Positions 10,381 to 19,532 of a stretch of DNA of 64,000 nt are shown here, one piece after another. The position numbers and the translations under genes are program-made. Source of the stretch: an uncultured Nitrospiraceae bacterium (GTDB taxonomy: Bacteria; Nitrospirota; Thermodesulfovibrionia; Thermodesulfovibrionales; Dissulfurispiraceae); NCBI GenBank assembly GCA_963705105.1, contig CAVPIW010000005.1, positions 480,001 to 544,000 on the forward strand, given 5' to 3'. Position 1 is the first letter of the stretch. Each line of letters begins with the position of its first letter. Below the pieces are notes generated by a model. That model saw nothing but the letters and a program-made list of their open reading frames with translations, was not told where the DNA came from and searched no databases.

Positions 10381-11202
10381 TTATGCCGCGGCAGATAGAT
10401 GCGTTTGAATGACTGTCACGGCCATTATGTCAAAGATCCCACCTGAGTCGGTGTACTTTGGGTCAGCCAACTCCTCGTATCGGCCAAGGTCGTTGTAGGA
10501 GACCTGTATCTCCCCGTTCACCTGGTTCCGATAGGCGCTCTCCAGATAGATTACGTCTTGACGATGTGCCTGAACGGTACTGCGTATCTCAGGATCAGCC
10601 ACCTTCTGCTCTGTAACTTGCTTGATGTAAAGGGCCTCTTCGTCGCTAATGGAGTATTTGGCTCGAATCTCGCCTATCATGTCCAGTATTGAGACTTTCT
10701 TGGGAGGTGGCCCGCTCCCCTTCTTGCCACCCCCGGGCCTGAGCTTGACCTCTCCGCCAGTGCCCCTCACCTCACCCTGAAACTTCACGGCCGCCTTTAC
10801 CACCTCAGTCTGGCGTATCTGCCTCATCAATTCTGAGACACTGCCCAGCTTGATCAACTGCGGGCCCACATATTCCGCGAACGTCACGAACTCCTTGATC
10901 TCTTCAGAGTAGGTGAAGAAGCAGGTCAGGAAGTAAAAACTCTTCACGAGCCTATCCAGCAGGTAAACAAAAGCTTTCCGGTCTTCAAGCGATCTGAGTC
11001 TCTCTTGGAACCGTACCCGCAAGCCGTTCACTGCGAACTGCACCTGGGCGTCTGTTCCCGTGGCTGCGAGCCTTACAAAGTCACGGGCGTCATCCTGCCT
11101 GAACACGCCAACTGCCAGAACCTCCGCATGTAACTTTATGCATAGCGCCGGGTTCGGTTCGTCAGGCTCGAAGGGCGTACCTTTGCGGTACTTGGCGAAG
11201 GC
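10381..11202 (-). pseudogene. hsdR: C-terminal remnant of a type I restriction endonuclease subunit R
   Basis: Frame runs upstream of 11106 as AFAKYRKGTPFEP to an abrupt junction near 11203; resembles HsdR C-terminal regions; no helicase core present. Confidence 0.55.
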
Positions 11203-11420
11203 GCACCCAACACGCAGAAAACGCTTGGCAAGATAGCTGCCGTTGGCAACTGGCGCAGAATGAGAGGCTGATTCGAGCGCGGATCAATAACTGTATGACC
11301 TGAATTGGTGCCGCCGACTCGAATGGTGACACGTGCATCCATTTCTTGCGCTAAGAAATGTGCAACCTTCCCCTTCCCCTCGCCCCCAAACTGCCCGCCG
11401 ACGACTACAGTTACCGGCAT
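11203..11420 (-). pseudogene. N-terminal fragment of an adenylosuccinate-synthetase-like (PurA/PurZ family) protein
   Basis: VVVGGQFGGEGKGK, RVGGTNSGHT, LRQLPT; similarity stops after about 73 aa (FCVLGA). Confidence 0.85.
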
Positions 11421-11421
11421 A

Positions 11422-13017
11422 TCATTTCCTTTCCAGATCTGGAATGATCAAATATTTCTCTTCTGGGATGCCGATTGCCTCATACCTCCCTGCCAGATAA
11501 AAGTAGCCCACTAATGCGGATGTCAACGCATCAAGTTCGTCATGAGAGATCACTTCTTTGTCAGACACGGGCTTTATCCCCATGCTCATCAGGTCGACTT
11601 CCAATGCTTTGAGGTCAATTCTCTTCCTTGGAAATCCTAAAATATCCTGTGCCGCTCCGGGGTAGCTCTCAATAACAAGCACTCCTTTGTCTTCCAGTGC
11701 CTTAGCCAGCCGCATGCCGCGGAGAGTAAGTCTTTGCATGCTCGGAATCAGACAAGGATAAACGTTGATGCCCCGGCGTTTAAGTATTCGTTCGCATTCT
11801 CTCATTATTCCATACTGCCTGCATTGGCAGGTGTCACTCGCACAATCCCGGCCCGACGGAAGACTCAGAGGAGAATCAATTGAGACAACCGCTGGATTAA
11901 CTTTTAAAGTCTCCTCGATAAGTTCTTCGTCTGTCTTTATCAGCCTCATATGTGCTTTATATCCGTCCAGAATACAGAATCCGGATGGTCTTGTTTCCGA
12001 GCCTGTTAAGTCAATGCCAACAGCAAGAGGCTTGAAGTCATTTCCCTTTACATCCTTGATAAGCACGTTCAATTTTAAGTCAGGCTTCTTTATGCGCTCC
12101 CGAATAACCCTTAGCAACGTTTTCCCTCCCCCGTGGATTTCCAGTGTCTTTTTCGACTTTCTAAGGCTGATGTCCGGAAGAACGAACTCTGATGACGGAG
12201 GGGTGGTATCGAACGCGCCACTCATATCATTGATGAAAAGGGCCTGCTGTCTGCGATCCTTGCCAATCTTTTTACAGACGTCTATTTTGATCTTCGATTC
12301 ATAGCAATAATCCATCAGTTTCTTCAGATCTGTCGTGTCATAGACGTTGTAACGGACCAAATTAGTCAACGCTTGGTCATCATCTTTGACAAATCTGTTC
12401 CATAGAACAGCCGCCTCTCGTCCATTGATTTTCTCGGTGTCCGCATCCCTCGTTATCCCAAGCTTTTTTTCAATGACTTTCAGCGGTCCTCCGATGCCAA
12501 GACTTTTCAATAAGTATCGCAAATCGATATGTATAGGCGGGATTCTGATATCAGGGAATTCTTTTCTTAAGAAGGGGATATCGAACAGCGTGCCGTTGAA
12601 CGTTATGATGATCTCAAATTTCGTGAGATATTGTCTTATTTGATCTAAATCGTTGTCTTTAACAAACAGCCTAATTCCCTCTCCGTCAAACGTCCCAATC
12701 AGCGTGATCACATCGTAATATAGGGATAGGCCAGTCGTTTCGATATCGAGAAAAACTGCTCTGTCAAAGAACTCCTTATAAAGACGCCAGTAATTTTTAA
12801 CAGGTAAATGGTCACGAAAAAAAAGAATATCTTTATCATTCAGTGCCGCCTTTGCCTTTTGAATATAGTCTAATAAAATTTTCTTTTTGGTCTTTCCGGT
12901 TCCGTTGACGCTGAGTCCTCTTTCGAAATCATCCCATGTAAAAATACCCTTCCCCCAATACGTCGCTTCTGTCTTGGGTCCGATCCCAGGAATGAATGTA
13001 AATGTATTTCGTATCAT
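11422..13017 (-). CDS. RNase H-like (YprB/RNase_H_2, DEDD) domain fused to a DUF429 RNase-H-fold nuclease
   Basis: FIPGIG, FLDIETTGL, TFNGTLFDIPFL, YNVYD; then GIDLTGS, IDSPLS, RECER, IESYP, DELDAL. Confidence 0.85.
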   Translation of the reverse strand: MIRNTFTFIPGIGPKTEATYWGKGIFTWDDFERGLSVNGTGKTKKKILLDYIQKAKAALNDKDILFFRDHLPVKNYWRLYKEFFDRAVFLDIETTGLSLYYDVITLIGTFDGEGIRLFVKDNDLDQIRQYLTKFEIIITFNGTLFDIPFLRKEFPDIRIPPIHIDLRYLLKSLGIGGPLKVIEKKLGITRDADTEKINGREAAVLWNRFVKDDDQALTNLVRYNVYDTTDLKKLMDYCYESKIKIDVCKKIGKDRRQQALFINDMSGAFDTTPPSSEFVLPDISLRKSKKTLEIHGGGKTLLRVIRERIKKPDLKLNVLIKDVKGNDFKPLAVGIDLTGSETRPSGFCILDGYKAHMRLIKTDEELIEETLKVNPAVVSIDSPLSLPSGRDCASDTCQCRQYGIMRECERILKRRGINVYPCLIPSMQRLTLRGMRLAKALEDKGVLVIESYPGAAQDILGFPRKRIDLKALEVDLMSMGIKPVSDKEVISHDELDALTSALVGYFYLAGRYEAIGIPEEKYLIIPDLERK

Positions 13018-13364
13018 GTCTTTAACTATATTCTGCTCGGAATTATTCCGATGCTCCTGCGTACACTGTATACCGAACATCGTCCTTATGGATCCTTTGC
13101 GCTGACCGCCGACGACATCGAGACACCTGGCGTCAGGTGGCGAAAAGAGACCCCAAGTTAAGATATATCATATTATCAGGGACTTCTCTCTTCTTGTCGG
13201 ATCAACAATTAACACGAATTATAATAGAAAACAAGAATTCTTTCACCTTCCCGTTTGAACGCGATGAAAAATATGAAGATGGTTTCCCAAAGACTGGACC
13301 GACAGGGGATTGAGACATGGGTTATCACAACCCTTCAGTTCTTATGCAAATCATTTGACGGAGT

Positions 13365-14768
13365 CTACTTGCCGATACAGAAATCGCTGAAGATGCGGCT
13401 GAGGATGTCCTCGGTCGTCACGGCGCCCACAATCTCCCCGAGATGATCGAGGGCCTCACGGATGAGCAGTGCCGTCACCTCCAGAGGCTCGTTGCCGGTG
13501 ATGGAGGCGCGGGCATCTTCCAGGGACCGGAGTGCCCCGTCGATAGACTCCTTGTGGCGGAGGTTCGTTACAAGGGCGCTTTCCGGGTCAGGGAGCCCTT
13601 TGTCCGAAAGGCACCGTTCGCAGATTGCGTCCCTGAGCGTTTCGATGCCCGATCCCGTCAGGGCCGAAACCCTGACGACCGGCAAAGGGATGGTCCCGCC
13701 GGCGAAACGGCCGATGGCGTTGAGATTGAAGTCAGCGCTTTCAATATCGGTTTTATTGACGACGAGGATCGTTCTCTTTCCGTTCACCCTGCCGACCAGC
13801 TCCATATCTGCATCGTCGATCGGTCTGCCCGCGTCGATGACAGCAAGGACAAGGTCCGCCCCTTCGATCGCCTTCAGGCTCCTCCTGACGCCCTCGCTTT
13901 CGGCAAGGTCATGGGTCTCCCGTATCCCTGCCGTGTCCATGATCCGGAGGGGGAGGCCCTGCACGTTCAGGTACTCCTCGATGACGTCCCTCGTTGTCCC
14001 CGGTTGTTCCGTGACGATCGCGCGGTCCCTCTGCAGGAGCACATTCAGAAGTGATGACTTCCCGACATTCGGCTTCCCGACGATGGCCGTCGAGACGCCC
14101 TCCCTGAAATAGCGTCCCTCGTCATGCCCTTTGGAAAGTCGGGTCAGGACTAACGAGATGTCATCGAGGGTCGTGACCATGCCGCTTTTGGTCATTTCCT
14201 CCAGGTCCTCCTCGGGAAAGTCGATGCATGCCTCGACATGGGCGCAAAGGTCAGCGAGCCGGTCCCTCAACGCCGTTATCTCACGGGAGAGCATACCCCC
14301 GAGCTGACTGAGGGCGATCTGCCTGGAACGTTCCGTTTTCGCCCGTATCACGTCGATGACGGCTTCGGCCTGTGCGAGGTCGATCCTGCCGTTCAGGAAG
14401 GCCCTTTTCGTAAATTCTCCCGGCTCGGCCAGACGGGCCCCCTCGTTGAGGACGAGAGCGAGCGTACGCCGGAGCGCAACCATACCGCCATGGCAGTTGA
14501 TCTCCGTTATGTCCTCACGTGTATAGGTCTGCGGCGCCCTCATGACGGAGACGAGCACCTCGTCGACAGGGTCCCCCGTTCCGGGGTCACGGATGAAACC
14601 GTAGAGGATTCGGCGGGATGCGGCACGATGGAGGGATACGCTCCCCGGCGAGGAGAAGAGGCGGTCGGCGATCTCTATGGCCCGTGGACCGCTAATGCGC
14701 ACGATCCCTATGCCTCCCTCGCCCTGGGGAGTCGATATCGCTGCTATGGTGTCATCGGGGAAATGCAT
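13365..14768 (-). CDS. mnmE: tRNA modification GTPase MnmE
   Basis: DTIAAISTP, GKPNVGKSS, GTTRD, DTAG, FSDFCIGK. Confidence 0.97.
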   Translation of the reverse strand: MHFPDDTIAAISTPQGEGGIGIVRISGPRAIEIADRLFSSPGSVSLHRAASRRILYGFIRDPGTGDPVDEVLVSVMRAPQTYTREDITEINCHGGMVALRRTLALVLNEGARLAEPGEFTKRAFLNGRIDLAQAEAVIDVIRAKTERSRQIALSQLGGMLSREITALRDRLADLCAHVEACIDFPEEDLEEMTKSGMVTTLDDISLVLTRLSKGHDEGRYFREGVSTAIVGKPNVGKSSLLNVLLQRDRAIVTEQPGTTRDVIEEYLNVQGLPLRIMDTAGIRETHDLAESEGVRRSLKAIEGADLVLAVIDAGRPIDDADMELVGRVNGKRTILVVNKTDIESADFNLNAIGRFAGGTIPLPVVRVSALTGSGIETLRDAICERCLSDKGLPDPESALVTNLRHKESIDGALRSLEDARASITGNEPLEVTALLIREALDHLGEIVGAVTTEDILSRIFSDFCIGK

Positions 14769-14804
14769 GCACGGTCAGGGCTGTCGTCGCCCGGGGAGCC
14801 GCCG

Positions 14805-16367
14805 TCAGGACAATGCTGCGGCTGATTCCCTCGCAATCTTTTTGTTGATGTAATACTGCTGGCCGATGCCGAGTATGTTGTTGATCAGCCAATAGAGGAC
14901 GAGCCCGGAGGGGAAGCTGATGAAAAGAAAGGTGAAGACAATGGGCATGACGAGCATGATCTTCTGCTGCACGGGGTCCATGGTGGAGGGCGTCATCTTC
15001 TGCTGGATGACCATGGTGACGCCCATGATGATCGGCAGGACGTAATAGGGGTCCTTGGACGAAAGGTCCTGGATCCAGCCCACGAAAGGAGCGCCCCTGA
15101 GCTCGATGGCGATGGAGAGGATCGTATAGAGGGCGAAGAAGACGGGGATCTGGACGATCATGGGCAGGCAGCCGCTCACGGGGTTCACCTTGTACTTCTT
15201 GTAAAGCTCCATGAGCTCCTTCTGCATCTTCTGGGGGTCGTTCTTGTACTTCTCTCTCACCTCGGTCATTTTGGGCTGCATGTCCTGCATCTTCTTCATG
15301 GACTTCTGCCCCATGTTGACGAGGGGAATGAAGGGGATCCTGACCAGAACGGTGAGCACGGTAATCGCGATGCCGTAATTGTGGAAGGTGTAATAGAACT
15401 GTTTCAGGACCCAGAACAGGGGGATCGCGAGGATCGAGAAGAAACCGAAATCGATGATGTGCTCGAGGCCGAACCCCGCCTGCTGAAGCCGGTCATGCTC
15501 TTTCGGTCCCACGTACAGGAAATAGTCGTTGCTCCCCGCAGCCGCCCTGACCGCCGCGAGCGCATGGCCGTCCCTGTTCCATACCCGTGCCTCCTCGATC
15601 TTCGTCTTCGGGACGAGGGAGGCAAAGAAGTACTTGTCTTCCTGGGCGATCCACTTGAGGCCTTCTTTGAAGTACTTCGGCTCCTTCAGGTCCTTGACGG
15701 TGAATTCCTTTCTGTCCGCGTCTTTCAGCAGAACGGGGCCGAAGTGCACGGAATCGTCCTTCTCATGGATGCCGAAATCCTTTCCGAGTGTAATCCAGTA
15801 GGACGGCGGTCCCGTCACCTCGTCCTTGAGGTCGATGCCGTACCTTCCATAATGGAAGGTATATGTTCTGCGTACGGAGATCCCTCCGCCGGAGTATTCA
15901 AAGGTGACAGAATGGGCCTGAGCGGCTGCCGTAAGTTTTGCGTCGCTTCCCCGGACGGCGAAGAGGGCTCCCGCAAACTGGAATGTTTCGTCCAGCCCGA
16001 GGGCATAGGGAGGCAGCGCATTGTCGGCCTTCAAAACGGTAGGATTTCCCTTCTGGTCCTTGTACTGTTTCAGTTCGACGCTCTTCAGCGCACCGCCCCG
16101 GCTGCTCAGAACGGCCGTATAGAGATCGCTGTCTATGCGGATTTCTTTTTCCTCGCCCTTCGTGTCCGCCGTCACGGCGACCGGTTTCCGGACCTCTGCG
16201 GGCGCCTTTGCAGGATCTCCCCCGCTGTCCTTCGCCTTGCCGTCAGGCTGCGGCGACGACGGGGGGCTCTCCTGCTGCGGCGTCTGAGGCGTCGGCATGA
16301 AAAAAAACTGGTAGGAAATCAGGACGATAAGAGACAGCACAATGGCCGTCAGCATCCGCTTATCCAC
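14805..16367 (-). CDS. yidC: Membrane protein insertase YidC
   Basis: IDFGFF, GCLPMIVQIPVFFALY, DLSSKDPYY, SGLVLYW. Confidence 0.96.
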   Translation of the reverse strand: MDKRMLTAIVLSLIVLISYQFFFMPTPQTPQQESPPSSPQPDGKAKDSGGDPAKAPAEVRKPVAVTADTKGEEKEIRIDSDLYTAVLSSRGGALKSVELKQYKDQKGNPTVLKADNALPPYALGLDETFQFAGALFAVRGSDAKLTAAAQAHSVTFEYSGGGISVRRTYTFHYGRYGIDLKDEVTGPPSYWITLGKDFGIHEKDDSVHFGPVLLKDADRKEFTVKDLKEPKYFKEGLKWIAQEDKYFFASLVPKTKIEEARVWNRDGHALAAVRAAAGSNDYFLYVGPKEHDRLQQAGFGLEHIIDFGFFSILAIPLFWVLKQFYYTFHNYGIAITVLTVLVRIPFIPLVNMGQKSMKKMQDMQPKMTEVREKYKNDPQKMQKELMELYKKYKVNPVSGCLPMIVQIPVFFALYTILSIAIELRGAPFVGWIQDLSSKDPYYVLPIIMGVTMVIQQKMTPSTMDPVQQKIMLVMPIVFTFLFISFPSGLVLYWLINNILGIGQQYYINKKIARESAAALS

Positions 16368-16384
16368 TTTTCATCTCCTCGCTT

Positions 16385-16594
16385 TCATGGAACGGGATCG
16401 ACCCCGCCTGGATGGAACGGATGACACTTTGCTATTCTCTTCACTGAAAGGGAAAGCCCTCTCAGTGCCCCGTGCGTGCTGATCGCCTCGATGCTGTACA
16501 GTGAACAGGATGGTATGAACCTGCAGTGTGAACCGAGCAGCGGGGACAGGAAGTAGCGATAGATCCTGATGAGAACGATAAGTAGTGTCTTCAC
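16385..16594 (-). CDS. yidD: Membrane protein insertion efficiency factor YidD
   Basis: [23 protein letters not shown]. Confidence 0.95.
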   Translation of the reverse strand: MKTLLIVLIRIYRYFLSPLLGSHCRFIPSCSLYSIEAISTHGALRGLSLSVKRIAKCHPFHPGGVDPVP

Positions 16595-16614
16595 AGGTTA
16601 TATGCGGCGGAGAA

Positions 16615-16755
16615 TCACGCGGACAGACGCTTCCTGCCTTTCGCCCGCCTGTTTTTCAGAACCCTCCTGCCGCCGCTGCTGCTCATGCGGCACAGAAAAC
16701 CGTGGTTCTTTTTCCTCCTCCGCTTGTGGGGATTATACGTTGTATATGTGCCCAT
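16615..16755 (-). CDS. rpmH: 50S ribosomal protein L34 (not in the ORF track)
   Basis: [46 protein letters not shown], read from the sequence; canonical position upstream of yidD. Confidence 0.93.
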   Translation of the reverse strand: MGTYTTYNPHKRRRKKNHGFLCRMSSSGGRRVLKNRRAKGRKRLSA

Positions 16756-16832
16756 GACAAAACCTCCCGGGAAAATGTAAAAACAACATTATACGGCTGA
16801 CAAGCCGGCCCTGTCAATCAGGCGACTGACCC

Positions 16833-17957
16833 TCAGGGCTTCCAGTGCTCCTCGAACTTCCCCGACCTTGTGATCCACACCACATAGGGGGCATGCGCCA
16901 CATCCCCGTTGGAGGCAAACCTGATTATGCCGTGGGAGCCGGGGAATTCCATGGAGTGGATCTTGTCGGCAACTGCCCTTCCATCAGGCACGGACGCCGC
17001 CTTAAGGGCGGTGAGGAGCACCTGCGCGGCATCGTAGGCATAGAGCGAGTAGGGGCCCGGTTCCCCGAACTTTTCCCTGTATTTCTTTATGACATCACCG
17101 GCTTGTCCGTTTTCCCGGGGCGACGGGCCGAAGGTGAGAAAGGTGCCTTCAGCGGCCTTCTCGCCTGCAATCTCCACGAATTTTGTGTCGATGACGCCGT
17201 CTCCGCTCATCAGGGGGGTGGTGAAAGAAATCTCCCTGGCCTGTTTGACGATAAGACCTGCATCCGCATAGATGCCGCCGAAATACAGGAGGTCCGGACT
17301 GGCCTGTTTCACCGAGGTCAGGACGGTCTTGAAATCCTTATCGCCGCGGGTGATGCCGCCGTAGTAAACGATCTCTGCATATCCGCCGATGTGGGAGCGA
17401 AAGAAATCGGCCAGCCCCTGGCCGTATGTCGTCTTGTCGTGAATGACTGCGACCCGCTTCGCCCTGAGCCGTGTCCTGACGAAGTCGGCGGCCACTCTCC
17501 CCTGCTGGTCGTCGGTGCCGCAGACCCTGAATATCCCTTTATAGCCGCGACCGGTGAGGAGCGGGTTCGTGGAAGCGGGAGTGATCATGGGGATGCCGGC
17601 GCGATTGTAGACGTCCGAGGCCGGTATAGAGCAGCTCGAGTTGAAGTGACCGATGACACCGGTGACGCCCTCGTTGACCAGTTTATTGGCCACCGCCACG
17701 GCCTGTTTCGGGTCTGACTGATCGTCATCGGCGACAACGACGATTTTCTTGCCGAACAATCCGCCTCTGCCGTTCCATTCCTCGGCGGCGAGGGAGACGC
17801 CGTTCCTCATATCGGCGCCCATCTTTGCGTCAGGGCCCGTCATAGGTCCCGCCACGCCGATCCTGATAGTCTCCTCTCCTTTTGAACATCCGGCAAGGAT
17901 GATCAGGCAAAACAAAAAGACAGTCATTGCGGGGAATCCCCTCAGCATATTCAGCAT
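16833..17957 (-). CDS. Branched-chain amino acid ABC transporter substrate-binding lipoprotein (LivJ/K-like)
   Basis: LAGC lipobox, IGVAGPMTG, GHFNSS, DKTTYGQG, YAYDA. Confidence 0.9.
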   Translation of the reverse strand: MLNMLRGFPAMTVFLFCLIILAGCSKGEETIRIGVAGPMTGPDAKMGADMRNGVSLAAEEWNGRGGLFGKKIVVVADDDQSDPKQAVAVANKLVNEGVTGVIGHFNSSCSIPASDVYNRAGIPMITPASTNPLLTGRGYKGIFRVCGTDDQQGRVAADFVRTRLRAKRVAVIHDKTTYGQGLADFFRSHIGGYAEIVYYGGITRGDKDFKTVLTSVKQASPDLLYFGGIYADAGLIVKQAREISFTTPLMSGDGVIDTKFVEIAGEKAAEGTFLTFGPSPRENGQAGDVIKKYREKFGEPGPYSLYAYDAAQVLLTALKAASVPDGRAVADKIHSMEFPGSHGIIRFASNGDVAHAPYVVWITRSGKFEEHWKP

Positions 17958-18227
17958 CGCATCTCCTTTCGTATCGGAGTCGTGAAGCTCAGAAATACGA
18001 CGATTCCGCCACGTACAGTTGTATTGTAGCGCATATGGCATCTCTTCCGCCGCATTATACGTGGCCGAAATGCAGGGTGACGTTGATCACGGCCCCCTCA
18101 ATTTATAAAGTTTGCTCCTCTATTCTTCGATAACAATAGTGAGGTTTCCGCGGGCGCCTTGCGTGCGGACCCGCATGCTCCTCGCCGGGGAAAGAGGTCT
18201 CCCGGATTACGGCACAATGCGAGAAGA

Positions 18228-19097
18228 ATGGAAAAGATCTATTCGGTGATAAATAACGCCCGGCACGACGACGGGGTGCTGTTTCTCGTTACGCCTCGTG
18301 ATTGCCTCATCGAGGCCCAGATTTACGGCAGGATCATCATCCAGTGCAAGTCGAGGGCCCTCTCCCCTGATGACATCTATGAGACGATCAGGAAGGGGAC
18401 CATTCGGGAGGCAAACATGGTCAAGGCGGATGTGGATCCGAACGGTGTCGATCCCTCCGTCATCTCCCGCACCCTGCCGGAGGCTGCACGTTACGTCTTT
18501 AAGCCGGGCGATCCCGATGCGCTGAAACCCGCCAAACTTGTGTCACTTCTGACATGCCTGGCCCGTTCGGAGGAAGGCGAAGGCGCCGATGCCTGCCGGA
18601 CTTTCGTTCAGGAAATAGAAAGGGTTTTCCCCGGCTTTTCCTATGACTGCGGCGTCATCCAGAGAAGGCTCAGGAAGCTGGAAGATGACTACGGCATAAC
18701 CCTGCATTCACCGAACCTGCCATCTGACAAAGCCAAAGTGCCCGGATGGATAGACATGAACGCCAGAAGCATCGATGATGACTCGATCAGGATGCTCGTC
18801 ATCTGTGCGCTCTTTTTCGGAGACGGTACGGAGCAGGTCAAAAATACGGAGGTGAGGCGGGATTCCAGTCTCGGAGCAAAACGAGGCTGTGCCAGGCTGT
18901 CGAACCTTCACTATAAGGCTAACATGGCCAGCAACAAGGTATGCATATTCAGGGGATTGAAGAGGCTGGGAGAGATGCAGATACGATGGGTCTCGGAACA
19001 AAAGCCCGAGATATTTATAACGAAGTCCGATCTCGAGGTGATCGGGATCGACAACGGAGACCGTGTAAATCTCGTTTTCCATGGAGAAAGGAGGTAG
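18228..19097 (+). CDS. Hypothetical protein
   Basis: Long ORF with coding-like composition; no family recognised. Confidence 0.6.
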   Translation: MEKIYSVINNARHDDGVLFLVTPRDCLIEAQIYGRIIIQCKSRALSPDDIYETIRKGTIREANMVKADVDPNGVDPSVISRTLPEAARYVFKPGDPDALKPAKLVSLLTCLARSEEGEGADACRTFVQEIERVFPGFSYDCGVIQRRLRKLEDDYGITLHSPNLPSDKAKVPGWIDMNARSIDDDSIRMLVICALFFGDGTEQVKNTEVRRDSSLGAKRGCARLSNLHYKANMASNKVCIFRGLKRLGEMQIRWVSEQKPEIFITKSDLEVIGIDNGDRVNLVFHGERR

Positions 19098-19099
19098 TC

Positions 19100-19336
19100 A
19101 TGAAATTGGAGCTGATGACCATTGTGAACCTGGCGTTCTGCCTCGTCATCCTTTTGCTGGGGCTGAGGAGGTACCGCCAGTCGGGTGTAAGGGCCTTTAT
19201 CTTCATCGGCCTCGGTTTTCTCATGTATGGCGTTTCCCATTTTTCCCTGCTCATGGGCTGGGACCACATCAAGACCGCCCTCGTCGCCGTGAGAAGCGCG
19301 GGGTACATTCTCGTCATACTGGGACTGCTGGTGTAG
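19100..19336 (+). CDS. Small 3-TM membrane protein
   Basis: RBS aaggagg; MKLELMTIVNLAFC..., three hydrophobic stretches. Confidence 0.75.
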   Translation: MKLELMTIVNLAFCLVILLLGLRRYRQSGVRAFIFIGLGFLMYGVSHFSLLMGWDHIKTALVAVRSAGYILVILGLLV

Positions 19337-19532
19337 TCGGCATTGGCGCCCGCCTTTTTTCTGTCGGATGCCCGGTCAGGCTGCAACGGCTGCATGGTCA
19401 GATAAAAACGAAAGACAGGAGGATTATACAGAAGAGCAGTGATTCCGGCCCTGACGAATCAGGGCACGCTGTACGGATCCGTCAGTATCGGATCCCCGTT
19501 CGCCCGGACATCCCTCTTCGGTTCAAGCGCGT

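Noticed and set aside
16600..18200. oriC near rpmH
   Set aside because: No dnaA/dnaN and no DnaA-box cluster seen
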